The notes beneath the pieces were generated by a model. That model made no database searches. It worked only from the letters and a program-made list of their open reading frames with translations, and had not been told where the DNA came from. Shown here piece by piece: positions 11,814-26,200 of a stretch of DNA of 64,000 bases (positions within the stretch are counted from its first letter, which is position 1; each line of letters starts with the position of its first letter). The stretch comes from Acanthaster planci (lineage: Eukaryota): positions 1,302,789-1,366,788 of the forward strand of contig NW_019091356.1 of assembly GCF_001949145.1 (NCBI RefSeq), read 5' to 3'. A program made the position numbers and the translations under genes.

Positions 11814-13799
11814 ACCGTCGTCATTTTGAAACACTTAAATGTGGCTTGGTTCTTGTAGAAGTATTTATGACTGAAAAACCTCGAGGATAGTGCATTGGCG
11901 CTGATAGAAAACGTTGTGGAGACAGGCCCCAAAATTTTCCTAAACATGTTCATTCTGAAAGTGGCCGAGAACCAGTTGTGAGCAGTGTACATTGCAAGGT
12001 ATTTTAGCTGGCAGCCCGTTCTCACTAAGCCAATATTTTCTTGCAGTATAAAAGCAACTGTCTTTGCTTAAACGTTTGTGGATGTTTGCCTGGGTCAGGT
12101 AGTTTTCGGAAAGTGTCATTCCTTTTTATGCAACTTCTTGTCACTATGAGCAGGAAACAATGTAAAATGCATCAGTTATTTAAATGTTTTGTTCATTTCC
12201 ATTGTCCATAAAATTACCATGCATCTGCCATGATTTTGTTTTACAGAGAGAGTATTTGTCCACAACCAATTTGGGGGAAACTTACCATTGTAATTTATGT
12301 TTGTAAATGTATTCATGAAATATTGATAATTTGATATGGTCATTCTATTAACAGTTAGCTGTGATTGCAGGAGACTTTGTGTAACTTCTGAAATGATACA
12401 AGAACTGGACCTCTTGTTTTGCCTTTTTCACACACAAAAAGTGGTGTATGAGTAATTTTGTTTTCCAAGTTTGGCAGATTAGAGAATTGATCAGTTCTGA
12501 TGATGCTCACCTTTTTGATGTTCTTTAGTTTTGGAGACAATCATAATATTCATTGTAAGAAGCTAAAATGTATTATCTGAACTTATTAAAAAAAAATTAA
12601 TAATTGCTCCAAATCCACAGATCGAAAGCTCAATTGTTCAGTGTAAGGAATTTTAATTCATTCTTGCAATAACAAATACATTCACAATATATATTTCTTG
12701 TTCAGTGTTATACATTAATTTTGGAACTTTTTGTGAGAGTGGAAGCTGTCTTTGAAGGTCCACAGTCACTTGCCCAAGATTTTAGACTCCAGTTTTATGT
12801 ATTTACCTCTGAGCTCAGTGTCTTCTTTTTTGAAATTTTATAATTAACATCGTAACAAGTAATAGCAATTAATCGTTTACAATTTGTTTTAATCGCACAG
12901 TGAGAAAGGGGCATTGTTGTGATACACACTATATTGTCACCTGTTTGTAAATTTGCCACGCTTGTTTAAACTGTTACAAAGTGTAACATTTGCCTACTAT
13001 GAATTTTTGCCTTGTGTTAAATTATTGAGCTGCAATAAAATGAAAAATATGGTTTCTTGAAGAATAAATCCAATTTACATATTGTTATTAATGATTAAAA
13101 TTATTCTGAACTGATCCCAACTTTTAATCCCAATTGAATGGATGTGAGAATTTGCTGGAAAGAAATATTAAACACCCCAGTAATGTTATGAAGTCGCATT
13201 TGCATCATCATGCACAGAAGGTTTATTTTAACTTTTCAAAGGAATAATTTCTGCTGGATCTTTAGTTCTTCCGGTTTCCATGAAGTTGAAAAGCTGTAAT
13301 ACCCCCATCCCCATTAGTATGGTGGAATATAAAAATACATATAAAGAATAGCCAAAATGATACCAGAGATATGATACAAGGCAAAAAACATGTTTTTATA
13401 AAAGACATATTGGTAAGTTTTCACACTGGTGTTTTCTTTGCTTAGGTTGATTGTAAATTTCTTTCCATTTTGTAAAAAGTAGATAATTATGTTGTTATGC
13501 TATAGTCTAAGATTTGAACTTGACTCAGAAAAGACAAGGTAATAATCGCATTTAGATCTTAAAAGCTCAACAGCTGTCATGGACTTTAACCACAAATGGA
13601 TACTGAAGTTCCCAGCCCAACTCCAAGCTTCGATGGCCTTAAAATACTTGAATAAACAACCGTACAGAAACGGTAGCATTTTATTCATCAGAGAACGTCC
13701 GAACCCCCTTTGTCGTAAAAAGTCACGCCCTGCCCAATAAGATAATATGCTGGGAATGCAAACACATGCTAGATTTCTTTTGTAGCTGTAACAAACAAA

Positions 13800-14240
13800 T
13801 TTGGCGGGTAAGCTTTGTCCCCTGCTTTGTAATTCCCGCCAAATCAATAAACCCGGAAGTTTATTGTTGCGCAAGCGTAATTGTATCAAAATATAAATAG
13901 ATGGATCCAGCTGTTTTGTTCCTTCCCCAAGTGTCGAAAGGCTACACCATTGGTCAATGAATTTTCTACTGTTTGAACATTTAAGGGATAATTTCAAGTT
14001 ATTGTGAAAATGTCATACTTTGTAAATGAATTGCCATCCTATTTGTATAAATTCAATCGCCTCGTTATTATTTTTAAAGTCGATATCTTAATTTTCAATC
14101 CTACATGAAACGTATAATTTTTTTCGTTTGAGCAGAGTAGCCAATGAGACGCCCTCTCTCATTCAGCGTCTTCCACTTGGTTAAAGGGCTATGTTTTTAT
14201 CCATTGTCAGGCTCTCTAGATTTGTGATGACCCCTTCGGC
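13800..14240 (+). promoter_or_regulatory. Probable FBXL promoter region
   Basis: CpG-richer stretch upstream of exon 1 with an ETS site CCGGAAGT (13853-13860), TTGCGCAAGCG (13867-13877) and CCAAT (14141). Confidence 0.45.
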
Positions 14241-14297
14241 GGGACATGTCTGAGACCACAAAAACAGGAATTTCTGAGGAATTTTGTCCCGTTAACA

Positions 14298-17200
14298 ATG
14301 AGCAATAGCCTGAGAAGTCGAAGTGAGGTAAGATTCTAGCATTTACAATGTGGATTGGGTGTTTCGATGCCTTCAAATGATGTCCTGAGGTCGGAAAATG
14401 AGGGTGATTTCAGGTTGATTGTGCGCTGGACGTGATGTCATTTTGATGCCGTGACATGAAGTCATGATGCATGTCGCTTGTGTGTCGCTATGCGCGACCA
14501 TTTTTATGCGTGGAATTTCCCTATGCGTGGTTCACTAATGTAGCTTCTATGTGTATGTTTTGGTTCGGTAAAATTATAAGTTCACAGGATTGGGTAACCA
14601 TTATGCCTCATGGTTATGGTTGTCAAAAAGCATCATGTTCATTTCCTTCAAATCATTACTATTACATATCAGATTTTATTTGTAAATTTATCAAATGACA
14701 GCAGATATTTAGCTATCACTGGCTGAATTACTATTATTTCTGGTAATGACACCAAGGATTCCTCAAAAGTGCCCTAGGCACTGTAGCTTGCAAACCTGAA
14801 GAAACCTGTAGAGAGGAGACAGTGAGAAGCAGTTACAGTTTTAGTGGTGGGAGGAAAACCCCAGAGGAATATTCTGGGTAAAGCCCATGCAATCAGGTAT
14901 ACTATAGGGACTGAAAACCCAATCCACATGTGGACTGGGGTCGGGATTCGAACCCGGGCCACAGAGATGGAAGGCGAGGAAAGAACCACTATGCTAACCT
15001 GACTCCCATTGTAATGAAACGATACTTAGCTGGCTTGTAGGCAGTGCCCTCTTTGATGCGTATACATGTGTCAGCCTGTAACGGTTATTAAATTGCCGCT
15101 GATTTTTGGGCACAAGCTGCTGTCTAGCTACTACAAGTTGACAGTGTGTACACATGTGTACATGTCAGTGGAGCCCATTTGCGATGCTCCCAGCTGGGTT
15201 TAATTCCCAACTAACAACTTTCTTTATTGCTCCAACAAATTAAGAATAGTCAGCTTTTGTTGTTTTAGATTGACTCCAACATTTAATTACAGAGGATTCG
15301 TGGCTGTGGGGGATCTTTCAAGGGAAAAAGTCAGAAATTGTAATGTAAAATGTGGCCCACTCTCCAAAAAAGGATAATAAGTCCCGCAATGCCAAAACAT
15401 GTTATGGCCTGTTCTATTTGTAGAGGGCAACATTTTTTTCTTGTATTTTCCCTTTAACAGCCTCTTTAACATTAATTTTTTCAGAATTTGTGACTACAAA
15501 CATGGATGCTGATAAAAAATTGATCATTCACTAGTAAATCGTACATACATTGTACATTGTAGCATTGTGTTTCCAAGTGCCACACTTTCTGAGCTTTTTC
15601 TCAAAAAGGGCTTCCGAAAAGGTGGATATACAAATGTCCATATATCTCCAGAATGCAGTGCACTACGGGGGTCATTCATATATTAAATTGTAGCTTTTGA
15701 TGTACACAATCCAGTCATGTCAAAAACTCATAACCTGAATCTGGTGACTTGCATGTATTACCCATTTTGCTAGAGCTGGTCACAAATGGTCTGATTCTTA
15801 CCTGTTGAATGTGAAAAAGTTGTCAGGGTAAGAATTTCCAAGTCCCCCAAAACAGTTATTGCGCGTGTAGCTGACGTCGGTGAAATATCCATTTCTTTAT
15901 CAATTACCAAAGCCAGAATTTTACTTTCATTATTTCAAATCCATCTAGTGAACAAGATCAAAAAGAAATTGTCCTACCAATAGGCTGTGTGATTTTTTTG
16001 GAAAGGTTGTTGTCAAGAAGTTTGTGATGATGTGAGCTCTTGATTGATAAACATTTGCAAATTTGATCTCAAAGAGCACATACATACACACTTTACAGAT
16101 CATCACTTAACCATTGAATATTCTGGAAGAAATCCAAATGGCGATGCCCATAACATGGATATGAACTTGGGAGACAGATTCTAAATCCTAAAATACTTGG
16201 AAACTATTGTCACTAGTATGTAATCTGTGGGGGGGGGTACAACGGCAAACATTTCCTCAAACACATCTGAGTATTGTCAAATATTCTTGTGTCATCTCAG
16301 TCAAATACTTAAGTTCGACCCAGCCACCAGTTCAACCATATGCTGCCAGGTGCTTTTAAAATGCAGTGCCTACATATGGGCAATTTTTAAGATTTTCCGT
16401 GTTCAAAATTCTTCAAAAATTCATAATTTCACAAAATGGACGTTTACACCCATACGAATGACTGTCTGGTGTCTACTCTTATCTGACATGTAACCTCCAT
16501 TGACGTCCGAGTATTTCAGCCAGGCCTGCTGCCCAGTAAAGAGAGCCCTGAATTGAGAGATGTTACCTAGTTTCCTTTGTTCCCATTGAATACCAGTGGC
16601 ATCTTTTCACTTGCGGCTGGATTAGCACGCAGCAGTACTGTACATGTACATGTATGGCTCATCGATGGGGAGCTGCACACTTTTGTCCGCGGTGCTGATC
16701 TGCGACCACGCTGTTCCGAAAACAGTGGTGTACTCACTGTTTCAAACAATGACGGCTTACCTTTGATAAAATGGAAGCTGAAAAACGATGGCAATTCCCA
16801 GCAGCAGGTCTTTTATTCTGAGTACGGTCTTTTGTTACAAGGCCCAGCTCTTTTGTCCGATTTCGGGCACCCCGGCTATGCATACAAACCCAAGGTACCC
16901 GAAACCGGGTTCCCCAGCAGCATATGGTTAACACGGTTGCTTGCTCTGTCAAGCAAATTATTGTATACTGATGTGTAAATGTACTCGTACATGGCTTCAT
17001 TCAGGTACGATGTAACATGCTCCAGTGCAGTGAAATTAGAAGTTTTCCATGCTGGCATATGGATAAAAAGCTCTGAATTTTTTTAACTGACGTGCAGTCT
17101 TGCTGCACATCAGCTGATTTCCTACATGTAGTTTTTTACCTTCGACATGTGTCATTACAAATGTTAAAAATGAAAAATCACGGCCTTGCACAGTCTTAAT

Positions 17201-20200
17201 TTTCCCTATTTAATTTATATCATGGGTCAGCAAAGTATTTGGATCTGCCAAGATGCTTGTCCCATGCTGCTGATAATTTTGTGGTTGTAAGATTTCTTTG
17301 GCAATTGTAAATCAAGAATTCAATAATCTTTTGAACCATTGGACTGTGAGCTACCATACCTGCAGGATCTTTAGACCAGAGATGACCAGGGCATTTAAAC
17401 ATTTCTTCCTCTGAAGCATAAAGGTTCAAGTTACAGGTGTAACTGCACTGGAATGTGGAAAGTCATCAGGCAGACTCAGATATTGTGCATAAATTAATTG
17501 TTTTAAAGAATGATTTCCGTATCGTGATCTTGTTTCTGTTTCCCCTTCATGCGTAATTCAGCCCAAAGAATTTTTGAAAAAGGTCACTTGAAATGTGGAT
17601 TTTTTGACACGCTCGGCCAATGTGCAGTGCTGGTTTTCTTTCCTCTTTTATGGAACACTTTGTGCAAGATCAATACACTATGGTATTATGTCAATGTACA
17701 AAGTGCAAACAATGGTCACAGGCCACAAACATTAAAACACAGCAGAATGTTAATCCTCAAATGTTATTTACAATGTATGTAGTCTCGTAAGCCTCGGATG
17801 TAAACGATGTTCTGACGTCAAGGGAACAGTCTCCACATCCTTCCCTTTTACTTACATGTATTAATTTCAGACCGCAGACATATGAATGCCGTGTATGGCA
17901 ACAGTATCCAGGCCTTTCTCCGGGGGAGAGTAGTATTTGTTTTTTCACATCATTCATTTTTCACTTTACGGTACGGGATCTGGAGATTCACCAAAGCGGT
18001 GACTACAAAAACAGCCTGTTGTTTTGTCTAAACATGGGAGTTGGTTCAAACATGTTTGGATAAAACGCTGCTTGTGCATGCTACTGTACACGTCGTTGTA
18101 CTAGTACATGTATCTTCACCATTGATGTCCTTTTTTTTTTAGTATTTTGTATGTACTGAAATAGACAATACCAAAAACCAGTTGCGTTAAAGAAATAATG
18201 GCATGTCTATTGAACCCTGACACTCCCAAATCCTCCAATTTCAATACGATTTTGCATACACCCTAGGGGGTTAAGGTTAATGCTTACTGTTGGAAACAAA
18301 AGATTCACATTGACCCAAATGAAACCATTCAACGGACAAGGAAATGGCACAGGGCGTTGGTTTTAACATGTAGGGAGCGGGAAGAGGACTGGACTGCAAG
18401 CCCCATGTGGGATTTTTGCATGGAAAAAAAACAGACGTAGAGCAATTCAAACAAGGAACCAGAGCCGAATAAAAAAAAAAAGTGTTACTGGGGAGCTACA
18501 TGTACATGTATGGGGAACATTTGTAAGACGGAGACGCCAGGATCACCAACAAAGATGAATTTGAGCCAAGTTTCCTGGACTAGTTTGTGGTGTATTGACC
18601 CTCATCCTGTCAAGGAAGCCGGCTCTAGCTGAGTAGGAACGTGCATGGTTGGGTCGTGGACTTATCAGAGTGGTTGTGATGGCCTTAGAAAAGCAATAGG
18701 AAACTTTTTTGTTTTTGGAGGATAGAGGAAATAAGTCCTGGTGTTACATAATGTGTTTGTATACCTACACGTAGATGAATATAAGAACATTGAGGTATTT
18801 GTGGATAATCCAAAGAAAATGCAATCTTGACACAAAATATCAAATGAGCTGATCACATGCTTACCACATGTATTTTGTCTGTAATCGTTACGAATAGTAC
18901 ACATACCAGTAAGTAAAGTCCCCATAATCTGTGCCATTTACAGAATCAAGTGTTACAAATAACTAATTGGTACATGGACGTGTACCATAATGCCAACTTT
19001 TCCAAGTATATCCTTATGTGTTCAAGGAAGTAAAATCTAACCAGAGCCACTGCGGCCCATCAGGCCAGCATATACATATATCTCCAGTTTCCTTTCCATG
19101 AAGTGACTGAAAATATATTTCTGGTCCCCCCCCATGGGATGTCCATCTATTGAAGGTTACTGCCCAGCTGATGCTGGTACCCATTTTATACTCCTGGATG
19201 GGGAGAGAGGTAAATAGAGATGAGGTGGCTTACCCAAGGCCACATTACCTACACCTATAGCCAGCAGTTGGATTCGAACCCCATACACTCTGATCAAGAT
19301 CACGCATAAACCCAAACCACTGGGCCACGTTCCTGTAAAGAAGGCAGTGAGAAATTCAGTGATAGAAAAGAATGCATGTGCATGTGTGTGTAGTATTGAA
19401 TCCATTTGTGTGTATAAAACCCCCAAACTGAAAGACTCCTCAATCAGAATCAAAGGGCAGGTGAACAGTTGTTAATTAGAACCACTTTTCACACATCTTG
19501 TAGTATATTACACCAAAAGGAAGTTCTGGGAGACCCAACCGTTGCAAATGTGCATACCATTTGCATATCTCGCAGGTAGTCTCGGGTACATGTACATTGT
19601 ACAAACTTTGTTTAAGCTTGATATGCGGGCACATAAAGTTGTAAAAAGCAAGATGGCATTGTATTCAAATCGGGATCTTCCTATTAAAACAAATGACTCG
19701 AGTTTAAAAAAAAAAAAAAGCCAAAGCATCTTTAAGCTGACTGAGGAGAAAAGGCTAGGAATTCAAGTCTGTCATTTTCAAAGAAAATAATCAAGTTCAA
19801 ACTACATGTATTGTCTTAAGAGAGAACCTGTCTCCAATTGTTGCCCATTCTATTAAATGATATCCATTACATTCCCCTTACTGCACCGTAGATCAAGTAT
19901 GGTACAGTACATGTAGCTGCATTGTATGTGAAGACGCTCTCACAGCAGCAGCATAAAGTGTGATTCAGCGATAAAAAAAAAGAAACAAAATCCACCTGGT
20001 TGCACTGGTATACCTGCCGGTACCTACCAGTGCATGATGTGACGTTAAGAAACAATCAGTACACAAAAATTCATGCATGCGTGCACCCTGAAATGACCAC
20101 AAAATCTGTGCTCCCAGACCCTTGTTGCTATGACAGCAATTAGGTCCTAATACACAAACAGCAACACAGACAGGAAATAAATACCTCCCAGGTGTGCCAT

Positions 20201-23200
20201 TCCCTCTTGTAAAACTTGTCTGTCTTTCGTTTTGGGCATTTGTCGAACTTTTGGCAAGGGTGGCACCCATTGTACCACAACGTACTGGCATTTTTCTACA
20301 TTACCTACACTACAGTGTATACATGCACAGGAACTAGAAATTAAATGTCTTCTGGCTGTGCTCAATATACACGTACATGTACATGTACATGTAAAATAAT
20401 GTAACTTCAGTTTGTCATCAAATGCATTGTGTTGGTTGCACTGCGTAATATAAGCGACCACAAATGATTTTGTACTGTGCCAATTTCGTTCACCAGTAGC
20501 CTGTTTCAATGATGTACATTATGTACTGTGTAATCACGTTTTGGCGTGCAGCTATGTTTTCCACTATTTTTCCCTTCGTTTATTCTTTGTTTGAATTTAA
20601 GAGTATCCCTCGGCATGCCTAGCTCTCACCATGAACTATGGGGGCTTTGAGCTTTTTTCCTCTCTGATAGTCTACTGTTAGCTTATTCAATGCTTTTTAT
20701 CGTCATGATTAACCCTAAACCCCTTGGGTGTGTGTAAAATCATATTGACATCGGAGGATTTGAGACTGTTGGGGATAGCTATGGAATTCCAGCCCTCATT
20801 TGTTCACATGGGACAGTAACCTGTATGTCATTCTGTGTGTCCTCGATGTCCTAAGACATGCATTTGAAAATAAACTTGCATTTAAGACCAGCTCAGGAGA
20901 ATGGATGTGTCTAATGCCCAAGCCGCAGGTGAGGGCATTATCAGCATGACACTCCTGAGCTGGTCTTAAACATTAGTTTAAGACTGGCCAAGCACGCATT
21001 CCCATTCACAAATACCTTTTTAGTCAGAGAATTAAAAGAAGCCAATATAGGATGGATTTGCAGTGACTTTTTGGTGGAATTTTATTTTCATTTTTCTGAA
21101 TACCCCCCAGCCATTTTATGGTATATTCCTTGTGCAAGTTTTCCAAAACAATCTCCTTATATGGACTTGGCATGTGCTTACGGAGCCATGTGCACACAGA
21201 CTCTTGACCAATCAGAATCGATGAAACTGTCTTGTATTCAGATGCCAGCATGTGATTTACGCAACAAGCACTATCACTTCTCAGCGGTCATTATCAAATC
21301 TTAATCCATGGTAAAGTTGCACGTTGTTGAATAGACACTGTCTAAGGTATTTTTGAATAGATAATATCCTGGTCATCACAATTAACTTTCCCCGATTGGT
21401 ACCCTGTTAGCATTGGTTATAGTCTTCAACCAACTGTTTTTGGTATGTTTACAGTTGGGAGGAATGAATGCACAAATGTTTGTGTGTCCTTGCTCCACCA
21501 AGCAAATGACATCCTATTCATATGACTGCTTGCTAGCCAACTGCACGTAGAACCAATTAAGGCCATTTATCGGTATATATGCTTATAATGAAGGCCATTC
21601 TTTGAATTTGTGTATGTTTTGCCTGACTGATTTTCACACCTGCAGATATTACAGGTACGTGTAATGAATTTTATCTTGTAAACACTTTTTAAGAGGAAAC
21701 AATCTGGGGCCAATTTCATAGAGCTGCTAAGCACAAAATTTGCTTAAGTGTGAAGAAACCTTGCTTAAACTAACAAAGGTTACCAGCTCAAACTGTATCT
21801 GATTGTCATGCTAACCAAAAGACAGCTAAAACATGTACGATCTCAATACAATATACATCACATGGTGTGTTGGCTGGTTACCTGATTTATCAAGCAAGGT
21901 TTTCTCACGCTTAAGCAAAATTTTGTGCTTAAGCAGCTCTATGAAATTGGCCCCTGATAAGGTAGAAAAACCCTTTTTGTATGTCCGCAGCAGGGGTTTG
22001 GCTTGTTAATGTGTCTAATACTAAGATTTCCTGCATGTAAGGGTGACAAATTGGCAAACTTTGGACTTCTGCCATTGATGCTGCAGGGTACCTTGTACAG
22101 GTGCTTGTGTACCAAAAATAGATCATCATTGCCCTTTTAAGTGTAATTAACAGCAGAACTGACTGGTCCAAATTGATAAGTTTTCAATTCTGTTCGTGTG
22201 TAATATGAAATTTCATTTATCATTTAACTACTAGCGTATACACGTATACATTGTGGGCAACAATGTCAAAGTTTAAACGCTCTATTTTTATGATTTAATA
22301 ATGTTTGTAATGTGTTATGTGGGATACTTGTTTGCTTTCTTGTGGATTTCATTTATGTTTTTTTTCCAATAATTTTTTTGAATACACTGCGTACATTTTA
22401 AGGCATTCCTTGTTGAGTTACTTTGGCTCTCCAATTGCAGGCAGCATTTGGAAATGTCTCCAAATGTATTTGAAAATTCAGGTGATACTAACCCTAACCT
22501 AATGAACCAAAAGAGGGCCGACTTTAAAGGACTCAATTGGGAAGGGGGTTGGGAGGGGGTAACAGTGGACTAGACATGGTCAGGTGAGCAGTCAGAGGAA
22601 GGGTCCATCACTTCATCTCCAGGGTAAGGTGTAGAAAACCTCCCAGGGTTGTGATGGGGTCTTAATTGAGTTAGTCTAGATTGTCCGGACAGGGCACGTA
22701 CTGGTATTTTTTTATAAGCATGCATGCATGCAGCGCATACTGGTGGCATGCATGTTCGTGTTGATCACTCCTGCAAATTGACAACCGTCCCTCGTCCTTT
22801 CCTCCTGGATGAACGGATAGCCCTTTATGCAAATTAAGTTGTCCCACAATTCCCATCCCAAAGCATTTTGTTACATTTTACTCGGACAGGATTTATTCGT
22901 ACACAGTGTGGACATTCACTCAGTACACATTTGAGAGGGTTGTTCAGAATTCACTGAAGTGGCATGGTAGGACACACAATGCAGAATTTGTTCTGCATTT
23001 GCGAAACTGTTTGTAAACACATCGTAGCCAAGAATAGTACGGGTTTTATTCTACAGATGTTTATCTTTTTATGGTTTTTACATGTACATGTAATTTCACC
23101 TGTGCAGGTAAATGCTTTAGATAGTGTGCTTTAATTACCTTAATCTGTTTAGTTTTGATTTTGATGTAGATGACACAGTTAAGCTCTGATATATAATTAT

Positions 23201-26200
23201 GTACAAGTAGTCCCAAAGTGACCATTTTTTGGTGAGATATCAACCCAATGCTACCTGGCACTGGCTATAAGGTGCTCACGCACCATATACTCACCACAGT
23301 CTACTGCCGCTTGACATGCCTGGGGCTGCTGATGCTCATGAGGTGATATGGTGAGCGTGCGTGCATTGCTGAAGTATGATGTCATGGGAGGGGGGCATGT
23401 CATGGGATTGTGATGACAGCTTCTAGAATGTACACGTGCATTAAAGAAATTGGTTTTCATGGACCAAGGTGGCTGTCTGCATGTATGCACGAACATGCGG
23501 ACGCCATTACTGAAATGTAGTTGGGATATCAAAGAGAGTAGAGATCATTGCCAAGTGATTTTATGGAGGCAATATAATTTTTTGTGTGGAACTTGATACA
23601 TACCGGTATTTCTTGTGACTTTGAAATATGTCAGTGACTTGCTTTATGGAATAGCCAATTGGAAAGGCTAGAACGCATGCTTGGAGAATTTGTCGGCTGT
23701 AAACATTTTTATTTAGTTGACCCTGTGTCAGAGGTCAGAGGCCAGTCACCATTGCCTGTTGTCTGACTACATAACCTGCAGTGCGTATGTACTGTACATG
23801 TAGGCTAAGGCTTATAAGGGGGGGTGGTCAGGTAGATTAAATCAAGTCATTGATCATTGGATGGTAATTATTTGCTGTCTGTCAGCATGTCTATGGTAGT
23901 CGCCTAAGTATGCACACTGGACCACAGGCAGATAGTGGGAAAAATAATTGAAGCGTGTATCACTATAAATATTTAAGCTTTTCAGCTGTCCATTTGGTGG
24001 TAAGTTATTGAGTTGATCAGCTTGAATTAATTAGATTTACCCGCCTGGGCTTTCTGTTAAGGACTCCTGATTGTTTGCCTGCAGATGAAGATTAATAAGA
24101 AAGAAACATTTGATGTATGCCTAATTTTTAAATAGTTAAAACTGAACTGTGTCGACCTCTAGAGTCTTATATGTTGGACCCTGTAGGCTGTACACACTAG
24201 GTACATGTACATGCATGTACCTAGAAATTTACATTTTCGTTCACTGCCTTAAGGCAGTGAAAATTTGGAAAGACACATTAAAGGACAGAATTAGGTACAG
24301 TATCGGTACATTGGTACAATCTGGTGTAGAACCCTTGGTATGCATGTACATGTACATGACATGTTCATGTACGTGTACAGTATGCCCCAGTTTATGAAGT
24401 CGTGAGTGCATGAACTGTCATAATTGTCAACCAGATTACATTATTTTTAGACCCTGTCACCTTTAATATTTCTGAAGGCAGTTACATCCCAAATGATCCA
24501 TTTAAAAGGCGAGGGTTTTTTAGACAGGGGATTATAAATTTTCTTGACTGTACTTTTCTCAACTTTCGTCAATGTGAACAACAGTGTGTCTTCCATAGCT
24601 TATTTTGCTTATAGTGGGCAGTGCCTCAGCACCAATGCATTTGTGTATGATCGCACGAATCACTCTGTTTGCGTATCACGATATTATCAAGCGTCAGGCA
24701 GCTCACGGTCAGGGGGAAGAAAAATCAATGCTACAATTGGATTGCCCGGAATCCACGACTCCCTGACACAGTCTTCAAATCCTCGACGTCATTTGCTTTA
24801 AGAGGATGATCGGTAGTAGCCAGCCATACACACACTTCTGATCCATTAGGAACCGGGGAAAGATTACCCCAAGTCTGGCTCACAGATGCACCTTCAAGGG
24901 AGAGATCAGTGACACACAGTAGAGAAAGACAAACATCAGGATCTATCCATTTGAAAGAGAAACTGCCGACCGGTGTATTTCTATTTTCTCACACCCAAAT
25001 TTGAATACGCATGCATCTATGCATAACATCTATGTTAATTACACCGAGTGTACATGTAAATGTACTCATAAGTTTGGTCTTCATTTTGATCTCCACGGAC
25101 CCTTATCACAGTTCAAAAGATTATGGTTCATTTCCCTCCACATTAAAAAAAAGGCACACTTTCATCCAGCCCTTAAAAGGAAAGCTAGAGCAAAATTTTG
25201 AGCAAATAAACTCCATTGTAAACTTTCCAAACAAACTTGTGAAGTTTGCATGCCCTCCAAGTTGTTTTTTGCTCCTCGAAACTCAGTAAATAGTATGTAC
25301 ATACTCTGCATGTGCAAGTAATTTATCCACAGTACATTTCCATAAACCTGTGTCGTCATTCATACATGCTTTGAGGTAGCTTATAGCATGGTTATATTAA
25401 CAGAACAGCTCGTTGTCGTCGTTTGTGTATCTCCTGCCTAGAACAGTTGACATCATGTGATAATTAATTGGAGACATAGAGCTGTGGGTATAACATTTCT
25501 CCCATGTTGATATCTACAAAGTTGTCTGCTGCTGTGCCTAAATCCTCAAGCATACAAGTATGGTACCATGCATACATGTTTCCTCATCTCGTTTGCTTCG
25601 TGCTTTTTAAATGGGCACTTGCTGTTCAGTTTTCCAAATTTATGTAGACAGTTCACTTTAGTTGCAATGTTGTTTGTCAGTGCATCTTCAACAATAAAAT
25701 CAATACTTGAGCAGCAATGAAAAATGATAAAATGAAGTACGGAACGTCACCAAGTTGCTGTGATTTCCAACAGCTGAAGAGATGCGTGGGTGACTTTAGT
25801 ATTTCATGGTTGATCATCATTTGTGTTAACCTGCTCCAGTGTCCTCAAGTCAGAGTTATTCTATCTACCTCAAGGTCTGCAGTTAGAGAGATTTATGTGT
25901 CGGTTACCCCTAGAACTGTGCGCTCTTCGTCATTAATGACTGTCGCGTTCATTGCATGGGGCTCGTTTGTGTCGGTGTTGTCTGGAACTGGTGAATTGCC
26001 ACACAGTGATGCATCTCAATCCAGGAAGGCACCCCTGGCCCAAACTGGCTCAGAGAGCAAGGGGTTCAAATGATTAGGTCTGTATTCTGTATTCCCTTGG
26101 CAATTCGCCTGTTTCATTGTAAATTGCAGTCGTTCCCGATAGGACTCTTGTTAGAATTAATGCTGACCCTGTTATCGCTGCTGCAAATTGAATAAATCCT

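Noticed and set aside
13500..13997. 165-aa minus-strand ORF
   Set aside because: Non-ATG start, no domain, overlaps the promoter; probably chance.
14943..15007. tRNA gene (A- and B-box-like motifs)
   Set aside because: No full cloverleaf; it continues into a body shared with other dispersed copies, so it is a SINE head.
16577..17004. 133-aa ORF or alternative first exon in FBXL intron 1 (donor CAG|GTACGA at 17004)
   Set aside because: No recognisable homology, and no ATG in the phase needed to join exon 2.
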